In this document: positions 10,444 through 24,500 of the stretch, piece by piece | Layout: each line of letters begins with the position of its first letter | Numbering within the stretch: the first letter of the stretch is position 1 | NCBI GenBank assembly: GCA_040954595.2 | Contig: CM082586.2 | Span: 7,285,337 to 7,349,336 of the forward strand | Direction of reading: 5' to 3' | From: Balanoglossus misakiensis | Lineage: Eukaryota; Animalia; Hemichordata | DNA length: 64,000 nucleotides | The notes under the pieces: model-generated | What the model saw: only the letters and a program-made list of their open reading frames with translations | Databases searched by the model: none | What the model was told of the DNA's origin: nothing | Program-made: the position numbers and the translations under genes

Positions 10444-13400
10444 TCATAATTTCGGAAATAAATGTCCATAGCTCTGGTACAGCATGGTGACTGAGCCCTC
10501 TATTGACGACCAATTTTTCCAGAGAATTGCTATGACAACGGAGAGTATGACGGTTGCAAGGACTCGTACCCTGAAAGAGACGAGAATCGAGAAAAAAAGT
10601 CAATATTGTAATAGATCTCAGCCGTGTTAAAACAAATGCTGCTTGAGTTTAAAGCGCCTAGCTCTTCGTCTCACATGCATGTTCCAGCTGTAGCCGCTGG
10701 TTACAGACGTTTAGTGAACAGTCAATCCCATAAGGCAGTGCTCTGTCCTAACAACAGACAAGATGGCGGCGACCATAATCTGTGTCGGAGATCGGGAAAA
10801 GACACCAGCTTGGGTGAAAAGGAGGGACAAAACCAGAATCTACTTATACGGTGCGCATGAAAAATGGAAGGAAGTGAAGGCAGTCCACTATTTGAATGCA
10901 TCGAACGGGAAATTTGCTGGGAAGTTACGCGCATGCGCGTGAGACGATCTATTGCCTTTAAGAGGGTACCAAAGAATTCTAATTGCTGGGCAATGATGCT
11001 CAGGAGATAGTTCAATATCAATGAATATAAATATAGATAAAGGTGGGGAAAAACCCAGATCTTTCCACTGACCTCGTCTTCATAAAAGGCGTGATGAGAT
11101 TGGCCACGGTCGACACAAACACCAGGATGACGGCTAGTACTGCTAAGATCACGTTGATGAGTTTGGTGAGGAGTGCCCTCGCATTGGCATTCTCGTAACC
11201 TTCCAGAGTAATTACTTGCTGCTGCTGTTGGGCAAGTTCCATCTTGGATATCTGTTCCAAAAAATCAGCAATGAAACGGGTGCCTTTCATTCTGCAACTG
11301 TCTATTTTCTCGGCAACTACAGTTGAACCTGTATATAGTGGCCAGTCAAGGGACTTTCCTAAACTGGCTTTTATAAACAGGTCCATTAATGCACATTTAA
11401 ATTACACAGGGACTGTAACAAAGTGGCCACTGTATAGAGGTACATGGCCACTAACACAGGTTTAACGCTACAGTGTTCTCCCCAGGATTTTGGGAAAGCA
11501 TGACGGCTACTCGTTTTTTTTTTATCAACCCCACTCACCCTAGTTTGACACTGTTCCAGCGCATCCTGTATGTCCCTGGCTCTCTCATCTGACTGGTACT
11601 CCACTTTCTCCTCCATGCTGGCGAGCTCCTGCTTCAAGTTCATCATTTCATTTTGATGAAGTTCGGTTAAGTCGTTCAGCTGCTCCTCAAGCCTCTGCAG
11701 AGAGAGAATGGTCGTGAACTTGTTGCATGAGTTGGTGCAGTAGGTCTGGGTTCAAATCCCATAAGATACAAGTCGCTATTCAATTGCATATGGTAACTTC
11801 AATGCTTGAATCTAATGTTTATCTCTTCAGCTTTTTAGTGTAGTGTGCAAGTATTGTCAAAGTTATAAGATTGTGCAAAATACATCGAAACCACGACAGT
11901 GAGAGTTCTCACAGAGGCAAATTCAAAACCATCACACTATGTGCACATGCATCCTTGGATGACATCGACAAGAAAGGTTTCCTTTACCTCATATCTGTAT
12001 CTTTCTTCTTGTAGTGCTTGGTTAAAGAATGAATATTCTTGTTGCATTTGTGCCTGGAAAATAGATGACAGTTGAAATTTCATGTCAGTCAAGCAACTTC
12101 AGAGCAATTCTGGTACATTAATGTAAAAACCGCAAAATGTTAGAATTTTCAAGCCACAATGGACCGTAACACCATTCAGTATTCACATGATAGGAATCAC
12201 TAAAAATTCCATGGCTTTCCAGGAGCAATTACAACCAAATATGCCATGTGTCCAGGACTGACCGCCCAGTCACTCAAAGCCATAAATTTTTCATGTCAAA
12301 ATGCATGCACAGGAAAATGCTAAAGCTGAATACATTTTCATGGTTCTTCCAAGAGTGAAAGTTGCCCTGTACCTTGATGGTTTCCATGGCGTCTTGCAGT
12401 CGACCACCGGATTCCCTCATCTCCTGCAGCTCTGTAAGAAGCGGCGCAATGTGAGCCATGGTAGAGCCGTTGTGATTGGCCGTCGGCGACGACGCCAACG
12501 GTACTGACCCCGAAGTCATGCTGGAGGTGTCGTCTCGATCGTCCAATTCCTGCTCGACAAATTTTGGACTGCTGAAAGAAAACAGGGCAGGTGCGAAACA
12601 TTATTTTGTATCAGGTTGTTAACCTCATCATTTAGAATTCTTCTCCTGGGCTGGGTTCAAAGGGTTAATTTCCACAGCGATGACGTCAGCTCTAACCCTT
12701 TCACCACAGTGGTTCAGTCCAAACGCTCTGTTTTCTGTGGTGAGGTTGGACCTCTTAAGAGGGAACTGGGGGTGAGAGGGTTAATCAACACTTGCTCTGT
12801 TACCATCATACATTCACACACTCATACCACTGTCAGTCATCCACAGTAAATATATCAGAATTGTAAGTAAGGAGAAGGAAGACCAGTGTGATATGTCATG
12901 CAATGCTGTTTAGTGCCATTAAAGTGTTACGTTGGCTTGTTTCGTTCCAGCAGTCAATTTTCAAAGAAAATCGGTTGCTGTCAGGGTGATGGGTTTTCAG
13001 CCATGGGAGTAGCGGCGGAATAGACTTTTCAGTCAAGCATGCAGTGCGACATTTATATCCAGCAACCTCAAGAATTGGCAGCCATTTCAACATTTAGTCA
13101 CAAAAATCGTGTCAGATATATATACACAACAAATTTGAGAACTGGCTTTTTTCAAAATTCAATTTCTCCCGATTTTTGGCATTTGATGTTCTGTCGTAAG
13201 ATGGCGCTGTACTACACAGCATCGTTCTTCCGACGCACGACAGCACATTTTTGTTCTTGAGGGCGCTGTTCGTGTTACTTCACAGTCACCGGGTCACCAC
13301 ACAGTAAGTCAAGGTCATTGTGCCACCAAGCCCGCCACAACCCGAAAAAAATTACAATAAGCAGTTGCGGTGTGATATTTTTGTTTTCGCCTTTTTTTGG

Positions 13401-16400
13401 GAAGGAATACCTACACTACAATTGTGGGCACACTGTAGCCTCGGCCTCGTACCGGATGTGGATCAGCAGACAAGCTCGCAACCAATTTCAGGTTTCTGTT
13501 TGCTGGGGTTCTAAGTGTCGGCAACAATACACACAATTATAATATACGTAGACATGCTTGGAAAAGATGCATAGGCTCATAATCAGGATGCATCCCAGCC
13601 AAGTCACATTTAACGCAAAGTTGCTCAGGTTCTTCTCAACAAAAGGCAAACGTTTCTCAGCAAAGTATATCCATACATAGCCTCGTAAACAATAACATTG
13701 TCCACATGGTCGTTGCATGTAAATTGAAACAATCGAAGGACTCGTAGAATTACACAGAAATTTTCATCTATCATCACAATCTTCTGATTTACATTATTTT
13801 CTACTAGTAGACTTTTGGAACTTCGACAAAAAAAACCAACAATAACAAACAAGCGTCATAATGATCAGAATCATCATTTAACATCCACACTGACAGTAAC
13901 AGCATCAGCTGATCACAGATGTGTATGTCTTGACAAGTGGACTTTGAAAAGCAGTGTGAACTGAAATGTCATGATTTTTTCGGCAACGGAACAAACTGCA
14001 GTGAATATGTTGTGACATCCTACCCATACCCCCTTCCCCCCAATTAGTGATGCTTGTGTTGTTTGTATAGTAACAGTGCTTTTTCCCTATCCCATGCCGA
14101 GGATGAGATAAAGGCATCGCCTTTGAAACAGTCCATCACAACAGATATTCTAGATGTGCTCAACCATTACAAACATGGCCCCCAAAACTACAGTGTACTG
14201 GTACTATACTCATACTAAGGTCATGATAGTCTCCACCCTCTGCTGGCATTTGAATAAACAGCCACATGCACCCCCCACCCGACACTTGTATGCACAGCCG
14301 TGTAAAAAACAAGACAGGAGATCACCAGTGAACATGACCAGCCTTTGAACTGAAAAGGCTCTACCATTTTATTCCCTGTGTGTTTGTACAATAGCATTTG
14401 TTTTGCCGCTAGTGTCTGCAGTACTAAGACTGGGTCACCTTGATAGTTTTAAAACCAAACTAGTTTTTGAAGATTGTTTGGCACTGAATTGCATAGACCT
14501 CTCACAGTCATTAGAATCTCTGATGTCATTGTATACGCTAGTCAATTATCTGCCCCATCAAGACTTAGTAAGACGATCCAACCCCCGTTTTTTTCTGTAG
14601 AGATGTTTTCGTTTTCACTTAAAGTGACCAGATGGCAACAACCGCGTGCGACTTTTGTTTCAACCCGCAGATATTCCCCTACCCTCAACTAGCAACTTCC
14701 AAGTGAGACTGAAGCAGTGTAATGGCAGCCGACAAAAACTGTGATATTAAAGCACAACACAAGCAAGAATCAGCTGTAGGAGGAAAAGTGACAGAAGTCA
14801 CCAGGACCTGAAAATGTCTATCAGAAGAAACAGAATGTTGCAATCGCAGGCAGGCAGTGCATTCGCTACACTACGCAGGCTGGTAAACCTCACAGCATCA
14901 CGCATGCAACATGCAGACACGGTCGGTATACTTACCTCACTTGGACTGTCCGGCTTTGATCTGTGCTGTCATCGTCCAGATCTTCTGGAAGAAAACAAAC
15001 TCCATGATGAAACTCATCCCGGACTCACACGACAAAAACCTTTCAGGGCTTATACAAATTACCGGTATCACCATTACAAAAGTTCATTGACCCATATTGC
15101 AGATTCTGCAAAATCATAGGTTACAGATATGTCTACAAACCCTTTAGATCTATTTCTGTTTTGTATCTCATGTACACCTATGTCATGTGTTCTTCACTTT
15201 GTGAAAAATGTCTCCTCTCTAACCCCCCTTCCTCCTCTGACACCTTGCTCCCACTTCTGCCCCCCCCCCCCGACTCATCTTAACTTAACTCCTCACCACA
15301 TTCTCTTCTATGATTTCACAACCCCTTTCATGTCTTTGCATGTGTACTCTCCAACCCTGTGACACGGTCTGTTGCCATAGCATCATGTCACTAATACTCA
15401 CTCATTGTGTCAATATTATCTGCACTTCCAAATTTATTCTTAATGAGATGTGCAAATTCCTTTGGTTTGGAAACAACAGCACTGTAAAAGAGAAGAAAGA
15501 AAGAATTCTGTCTGTTGTCAGATCACTATGTCTTATTAGTCACCAGTAAGTACTTTTCTTCAGGGATGAGCAATCAATAACAAGATGTCTAGGACCGTAG
15601 TTTTTTTGCTATTTATTAGCTTTGCAATAGACCATAGTCAATTTCCACGAGATCCCGGTGAGATCTTGCGTGGCTGGGCAGTTTATATGGGAACCTGGAG
15701 AACATTCTCATGTGATGTGACACAGGACAAACAGCAGACGGCCCATCATGTGTAACCTGAACGTCACAAAAGTTTGCCTATAGTTTCAAACAAAGCTCAG
15801 TGTCTTGAGGCCATGACCCAGCTCTTGATTGATTTGCTCATCCCTGTACGTCAGACTTGGAACAGTACACCTGGTTGGTTTCCAAAAGCCCGATTGTTAA
15901 TTTAACACACAGCCAAGGAAATGTGATTTTTACACCATCGAATTCGAAATGGAAGTTTTGGATTAGTCCAGTGCATGATGACCCACAAACATACAACACA
16001 AATAAATCACACGAAAGTAAGATAAAACCTGAACGACATTCAAGTCAGTTTCAAAAGCAGCCAAGAACACATTGATTGGTTGGTTGCCAGTGGGAGGTAA
16101 TAGTACACAAAGTTTGAAAAGTCAGTTTCTTTTCCTTTGAGGTCACTCGGAAGACCAGATTCAAAGGGTTAAATATAAATGTCAATTTTACAAATGTATT
16201 AATTTTCTGTTGTTTTTTTTTTGCTGAAGTTTGCTTCTTCAAGTTGTCAGAGAGTACGGTATATGAGGTGGTTGATAAAAATAAGAAAACAGAAATAATG
16301 GTGATTGTTATAAATGTGAGGACCTTGGTGCAAATGTCATTGTGTTCGCATGCTTTATACCTTATAGACCTTTACTTCAATATTCATATTTAAATTCTAG

Positions 16401-18431
16401 TGCAAGGAGCAAATTGTAGAATGACAACCTGGGCGATCCCCCCTCTCCCCACCCTATACAGATGACTACTATGGAGCGATCCTATTGTTTTGCAGGACAT
16501 TCCATTCTTTGAGGGGGTAGACAAAGCTTACCTTCCAGCATTGTGGGCAAACTCTGAAAGGCCCGAGAGGCCACCCCTGATGTTACCGGCCACACCACTG
16601 TGAAGAGATGAGAGGATGACTGTGCCAGACAAGTTTGAGATGGATGGGTACATGCCGAGGCTAAGAGGCAGTGATGTAGATATGTTCTGTGGCAAGGCTA
16701 GAAACCCCCTGTGCACAACACATAGTATTTGCATGTATGTGTGCATCTCTAGGGCGTTTACGAGATTCATAGCCGGTCACACGCTGAATTCAACCTGGTG
16801 TTTTGACTTCATTATCTACGGTACATCACTGCAGAGGTACAGGGAGATAGACCGAACCATGGCGTGGTGGTTTGTGTTTCTAAGGCTCAGTCGATTTTTT
16901 TAGCAGCAGTCTGTGATATCACTAAGTGGAAATGTTTATATTTTCAGAATCTTCGTTCCGTGTGCTAAATGCTGCGTTGAGTGTAAACAAGGAAAAAGAT
17001 ATTCCAAGGCTGACCGTGTGCTAAATGCTGCGTTGAGTGTAAACAAGGAAAAAGATATTCCAAGGCTGACTGGAATTAGGCTGTTTCCTTTACTGTCTAT
17101 TGGCCATTCAACATTTTGAAACAGAGCAGCTTACGACCCACCCGTAGTATACATAATAAGGTTGGAAAGTTTTGACTTTCATTTTGAATTTTCTGTTTCG
17201 AAAATTTTACTCCATGATCAAAACTAAATGTCAGTTTGGAAGACATTTGCCGAGTTCAGTTGAATCCGCTCGCTATCATAAATCAACTCTTTACATTAAC
17301 ATTTAATTGAGTATATAAGCAGGAATACACAGGAAACAATTTGCAGGTGTTTTGTAGTATTTACCTCTGCTGCAAGACCTGGAGTTTACAAGCTTTTATT
17401 TTCAACCCTGTGTATTTATTTGCTTGTCCGTTTTTACTCTAAATGCACGTCACTGTTACATCTGTCCATTAAACCAATCAGCAAGCTAATAACATTTTTG
17501 TATGTTTCATGCAGTGTGTCACTTGCGAATTATAAAATGAACCATCTTTGAAAGTCACATTAAGAGTGGTAAAAAAAATTTAACGGGTTAAACTTCTCTA
17601 TTTAGTGAATTAATAAGGTTAGTTTTTGGAAATTGATGATGTAGAATTATACAATTGAAGGGGAAATCTTTCTGACCATGTCATTTAAATTTAAAATGCT
17701 GCTGACTATTAAGCATATGGCTGAGATTCTTGTCGCAAAGAAAATGGCCTGGAATGAAATGCAGTGGTAGTGCAATTCTGTGAAATGATTTATTCAAAAT
17801 AAAATAATGAAAAAAACCGATAAATGGACGTGGAGATGCATGAATATAATAATACCAATGGAGTCCAGATTCTATGCCTGGGGTGCATTAAGGGAAGATC
17901 GTACCCACATGCATATGTCATGAATGATGTAAGAGGCCCCCTAGGTTGGTGATAAACTGAGAGTCGGGACAGAACATGGATATGGGAAATGAAATAACAG
18001 ACAACCAAACTGGTTGGCAACTGCTGTACAACTTGAAGTAGGCAACTTCTTGGATTAGTTGTCATGGCAACTGATATTAGCATATTTTTGCGTTTCTATG
18101 TTGACGTCTATGGAGTTTGCAAAATGTTAAAATGAAAACAGACGTTAACATTTTTACAACAGATATTCTTACGCTGGTTAAAATAGCAAAATAAATATCT
18201 CTCTAATCAACGACCATACAAGCACAATTTTCATGCAAAACTGCAAAAACTTGGCGAGTTTCAGTCTATTTTATGTAAATCATGTTACTACATACCCAGA
18301 AAACCCAGTGATGCCATCACGAATATTAGCACCAACACCCCTACAAGTACAAAATGAGAAAATATATAATATGAATTCAAATTGACATTTATCTGGCGAA
18401 ATAGGTATATACCAAACATACACAACTTAGA

Positions 18432-18462
<31 letters not shown>

Positions 18463-18502
18463 CATACATACATACCGGTACATACATACATACATACATA
18501 CA

Positions 18503-18536
<34 letters not shown>

Positions 18537-21500
18537 CATACATACATGTACATACATACATACATACATACATACAGTACATACATATATGTACACTCAT
18601 ACATACATACAGTACATACATACTTACATACATACATATATGTACACTCATACATGTACATACATACATGTGCATACTGTACTTACAATTACATGCCTAC
18701 ATCCATTCATACGTACGTACGTACATGTACATTCACACACACAAAGAAAAACAAGTACATGTAGGTACATATGTATGTTCTTACAGATGCAGACAGAGAG
18801 ACAAACAGACAGACAGACAGTTCACACTTACTTGAGGCCTTGATGCATTCCTTGTAAAACTTCTTTGGGTTTTCTTGGAGGCGCCCCGTTCGCTTCCAGG
18901 TCTCTTATTCTCTCTTGGTATTTTTCTAATTTCTTCTGTAATTGCGCTATTACTGCGTTCGATTTTTGGTTCCGTTTCTCAAAGACTGTCTTTATTCTAG
19001 CGATCTGTTGCTTGTCTGCATGTTCCGCTAGTTTCAGGTACTCATTAACATTTTCTGGAAGAGGTAAACGAGGTGAAGTAGATTTGATTATTCTTTGTTC
19101 GGGTAAATCATGGTTACAGTATTCTCAGTCACAATTATCCAATTTTCGAGCTATCAACGCAAATGTTTCGAGTCTAAAGTTAAAAAGTCCAGATCTCCTT
19201 GTCTTTTTCCCTCTTCAACTGATGTGTGTGTGAATAAGAACAGATTTCCAAATAATCAATTCTGCTTTACCGTCAAGTGGCGTTGATGTGTGCTACAACA
19301 CTCAAGACAGAGCTCTGTCAAGTAGCTTATGATACTCAAAACCAACAATCTCATCTCTGCTCACCGTCTCGCGCTGTCTGTTCAGCCTTTATCTGTTCCT
19401 TTATCCGGAGGATCTTCTGCTGGTAGTGTTCGATCATGGCTTTGGCCCGGAGCGGGTCCGGCGTGTGGCCGGAATCCACTTCATCCAGGGCGGAATCGTC
19501 CGTCACCATGCTGTTTGATACCGCTATGTTTTCTGTCTGTAGGTGAGACACATAAAACTGGATATAGATACACAGTACAGACAACTGGATGCACAACAAC
19601 TCTCAGCACACACACACGACGATAATCACAGATGGAAAACTATATGGTTTCCTCCAACTTCCGAGCTTGGGTTTATTGAGCTCTTCTACGCAACATAACA
19701 AGAACGAACCCTTTCAAGATTTCTGATCACTGACGGACTGGTGTTTAATAGTTTTCATCTTATGAATCGCAAAACCATAAAATAATCCACATAAACAGTG
19801 CAGGCAAAAAACTGACTGTGTTTGAGGTAGCAAACCAATATGGTGTTTACATCAAGCTCTGAAAAAAATTGCCTCGCTATCCTTCTACATTTTCATCTAC
19901 CAAAACATGTTTTTTTCCATCTTGAGTTCCTTCGAAGAGAGATAATTATGCCAATCTTGAGATCTAGGTTACAGACACTTCAAAATGAGCAAAGAGAAAC
20001 TGCAAATATTTGCTGATGCCATGACAACCAGAACACTCCGCCTACCCCTGGAGAGGCAGACGAGGGTTCTTTCTGAGAAACTGATACGAGCTTGGTGCCA
20101 GAGCGCTGGAACGGTTGCTCTCCCCGGAGCCAAGTTTACTCGCAGACAATCAGAAGGATTGTTGTTTGATCAATAAATGCACAGGCAATAACACCTGAGC
20201 GCCTGTCTGTTTTGCTGGGTGTAGTTATGAGTTTCACATCAGTTTCTGGACTGGCATAGTCTGGAAACCGATTTGAACCCCTCAATACAGTAAAACTCCA
20301 ATTATCCGAACTGACAGGGGGACATTGATTTTTTTCAGATATGCAGACAGTTCGGTTATTCGGATAATGATTCTATACAATAGAACTGTTTGGGGGACAT
20401 GACAGCAGTTCGGATAACCAAACAATTTGGATAATTGGAGTTCGGCTAATTGCAGTTTTACTGTATAGCCAGACTATACTATCGGTGCACCACAGGCCTA
20501 CTGAGTTCCTTGTCTCAGTCATTCCAAATCCCAGGGCTTTCCAGGTGTTTTTTACCCACCGATGTTCCAAGAATTTTGAGGTCGGAAATCTTACTTTCTA
20601 GGAGTGAATAGCATTCTTGTGAACCGTTCTTCTATTAAAAATACACGTTATGTGACAGCGGAAGTGGCTAAACAAAAGAAATAATGACTTGGGAAGTGAA
20701 ATTTAAAACAATAGGACAGAAGCAGAGAGAGAAGACAATAAAACATAATGCAACCTTTGGTAGAGTCTGACATCTTCGCAGACGACCTGAACGCGACAAC
20801 ATCGTTATATCTGCGCAAGGAACCCTCCTCTGAACAGCTACCAAAATCCCACTTCTTCCAAATTAGCGAAGACACTCCCGCAAAACGCAAAAAATCCCAC
20901 AACCACACAGAACTTCCACCACTTCGGAATGAGATATCACTATGTGAATAAAACGTCTATCATTTCAGACAGATGGAGGTTTTTAGCTCCAGGTACTGAA
21001 TCTATGTTTAGAGATTTACCAACCCCCGGAAAGAGTGTTTTCACAGTTCAAGGAAGCAGACATTGTTTCTGTTTAGACCAGGAAACAACCTTTCCTTGTT
21101 GCCTTGAAATTATTCAATGAAAAATTATGTTATATTATAATAAAATCTTTAATAAATTTGTAAATATTTCAGAGTAAATAGTTTCTCCTTTTAGCTATGG
21201 ATAGTGTGATTCTGACGGCTGACACAACACTCCTTTCAATCTGGTTCCAAACAGACGCACTATTAATTAAAATACTGTTATTAAAATCCCAAATATCACC
21301 ATCAGCATCCTGAGATTTTCACAGCAATCATATCTAAGACTGTAGACATGAGAGTGAAAAAAACTTGCTATATTGAATAATCAGTCTTTACCATTTATTA
21401 TTTTTGGGTGAATTTTTACTCTCATATAATACAAGCAGGATGGAAGTTGTGTGTGGTTGAACGTTCATTCACTACATATACACATGTACATTATATAAAC

Positions 21501-24500
21501 TGTGTCTTGTATCAAACATTACTAATGGAATAAAGGCAGCGAGAGAGAGACTTTGTCCCTTTAAATCAATTTGAGCTTTTCACACACAAAAATGTCAGAG
21601 AAACTTACAGATTCCTCTTCTCTGTCACTAGAGGGCCTGCTGTCGACGTGCATGAAGTCGACCGCCGACGAACTGCCGGCTCGCGATCGGCTTCCCTCGC
21701 GACCGACATCGCCGCTGTCGCTTCCCCCGGACTTTGTGCGGTGCACGGGTAACGTCGCCGCTTTCGGTACGGTCACCGGGCGCGAAGGTTTGGTTTCGAC
21801 AGCCTTCCTCCTGTGGGTGAATGAAAAAAAGAATGATTATAACAACTAACAAACAACAGCTCAACAGTACATGTAGAAGTCACTTCCGCACACTGTCACA
21901 GTAATTCCTAACAAGCTGTCAGTCAACCAGACTTTCAGAATAATTAGCAGCTGTTCAGCTGAGTGCACAGAGTCGTTGAATTTTCTGGCAAAAACAACTC
22001 TCGTCGCAGCCAGCAGTCCAGTGAAATATGGAGAAAAGGGAGTTTTGTGTCATCCTTGTCGTGTTGTGCTGCAAGGTTCATCATTATTATTGGGGTACAG
22101 TATATGTGCATACACCATAGGAGGGTTCGAATGCTTAATCATGAAAATGCTAGCACATGTAAATGCTGGACTGGTTGCTAGCACAGTGCCAGCTTGTTTG
22201 CTAGGTTCTACGATATCACCACAGTACATGCATCATCTAGAGTAATTACAATCCTAGTAGAAGTATACAAATAATTTGAACGTTTTCATTTTTAATATTG
22301 TCTGTGACCCGTACCATTTAATTGACTTACTCATCAATCACACGACAATAAAGACAGATATATCATCGTGGCTACCGCTTATTGACTAGACAAATCTTGT
22401 AAAATACTTGTGAGTTAACTAGTCGGTGTCACGACTTCACTTGATTAGATCCACTGGGACAATAACGACCGAGCTTATTAATCAGGGTTTTGCTAATGAA
22501 ACTGGGGAAACCATACTTGCATTGCCTTGCTGCTGGAGAACGTGCTGGTGGGGCTAAAACATCATTTATGGGAAACCCTGCAATAAAGGTTGCGTTTTGC
22601 AGTCTGCATTTCTGGATGTAATATCTCGGAGACTGGCGGTTGCAGTTATTAAAGGCTTTTTTCAGCAGACGAGGCTTATTTGCTGTCAGGCACAGAGTAC
22701 GTTTCCAAAGTTGGGCTGAGTGGTTTCATGCAATGACTTTATTGCTTGCTTGCTGCGTGAATTTGTGGAGTGTATATGTGTGGAGCAGTTTGTTGTGATT
22801 GCGCTTCAGTGTAGTTTTTGAATTTTTCTTTCCGTGAAGCTTTAAAGGCCATTTTCTCGATCCCAGGGCAGGACAATGAAGGCAAATAAGAAATCCTTTG
22901 TGTTAGCACGTAACTGTTTATTGGAAACCAAAAATTTGACCCACTGTTGAGAAGAGCCTTTAACCCTTTCACCACCATGGTTCAGTCCAGACCCACTGTT
23001 CTCTATGGTACGTTTGGACCTCTAAAAAGGGAACCGGGGGTGAAAGGGTGAAGGAAGAAATGCATTGTAAGATTCCCCCCCCCCCCACCCTCCAAGAAAG
23101 TACTGATGTATTTCAACGTATGTAATTTCACCCACAAGACTTGCAGTACAACTGTTAATTGAGTTCCACACTTGGTTGCTTTTCATGGTCTATGACCCAA
23201 CAAATATTTCTTCAACTTGTAGTCCAATCTGGTTAAAATCAGATGTAGAGAATACCGTACAGCTTAAGTAAAAGATGTCTACATCTGATTTTAAAGGGAC
23301 AAAGCTGCTTTACCAATAATTATGTTTGATACAAGACACCGTTTATATTTATGTACATGTGGATATATAGTGAATCAACTTTCAACAACACACAACTTCC
23401 ATCCCACTTGTAGACACGAGACTGGAAAACTCGCCAAAATGAATAATCGGTCTCTTCCATTTATTCATTTTGGGCGAGTTTTTACTCTCATATCATACAA
23501 GTGGGATTGAAGTTGTGTGTCGTTGAACGTTCATTCACTATATATACTCATGTACATTAACATAAACAGTGTCTTGTATCAAACATAATGGAATTAAGGG
23601 CGGCGAGAGAGAGAGAGACTTTGTCCCTTTAACCAGATTACTTGTGATTCTTACTTACATGTTTGGCATACTCTTGATCTGTTGTAACACTCGGACAAAT
23701 GCTGGCGGTCGAGGTGGCAAGTCTCGTATATCTTCCGCATACGACGCACGCTGTGTCTCCGGCGATGAATCGTCTACATTCTTGGTGGCGTTGGAGGAAC
23801 CATTTTCTTTCCGACGTGTGAAGAGACGACTTCGGATACCTGTGGACAAAAAAAAACAGTCGAAACTTGAGCATTGAGGTTAACACAATCATTCCACGAG
23901 ACGTTAGGCATTAAAGGTATACAGTCACCTCTAATTTAGATACGCCCATATACATGTATGGCTGAAATGGCGTATTTGAGCGTTCTAAAGAACATATGGT
24001 GGCGCTCTTTTTTTTTCGCGTGTGCCACCCACTGAAAATCTGTGATTGGCTACATCTCAATTTGCCATGGTAACTATAGCTAATTTTCCATAGGTGACCG
24101 TATACCTTTAATGATAAGTACGGGTCACATACTGAGTGTCCTTAAGTTAGCAGAGGTCAAGGTGAATTTCAGCCGTCCTGATCGTGTCTTTTATCAATTT
24201 AGTCACAGTGAGGTCTGAATCTCGCAAGATCACAGACAAGGTCATTATGAGATTACCTGATATATACCTGAAATGCAATTATCCACTCAGATGGCAGAAC
24301 AGCTAAATGCACAAATCGCGGTCAGTGACCGTGCACAAATTAAGCGACTTGGGTACAGTGTACCATCTGGTCTGATCGATTCAAACTGTGTTGGAATTAC
24401 TTTAGATTCTATGGATTATTTCCCCACACATGTAATATTGAAGAGCAACACTCCTGGGACTGAAACGCCAAATTATCAAGTCTGAAATCAATTTCCTTCA

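Noticed and set aside
13412-13496. GC-rich stretch resembling an alternative TMCC exon
   Set aside because: The acceptor lacks a polypyrimidine tract and the frame hits a stop codon.
18382-18843. 153-aa and overlapping ORFs
   Set aside because: Degenerate microsatellite.
18865-19233. 122-aa plus-strand ORF
   Set aside because: Antisense to a TMCC coiled-coil exon.
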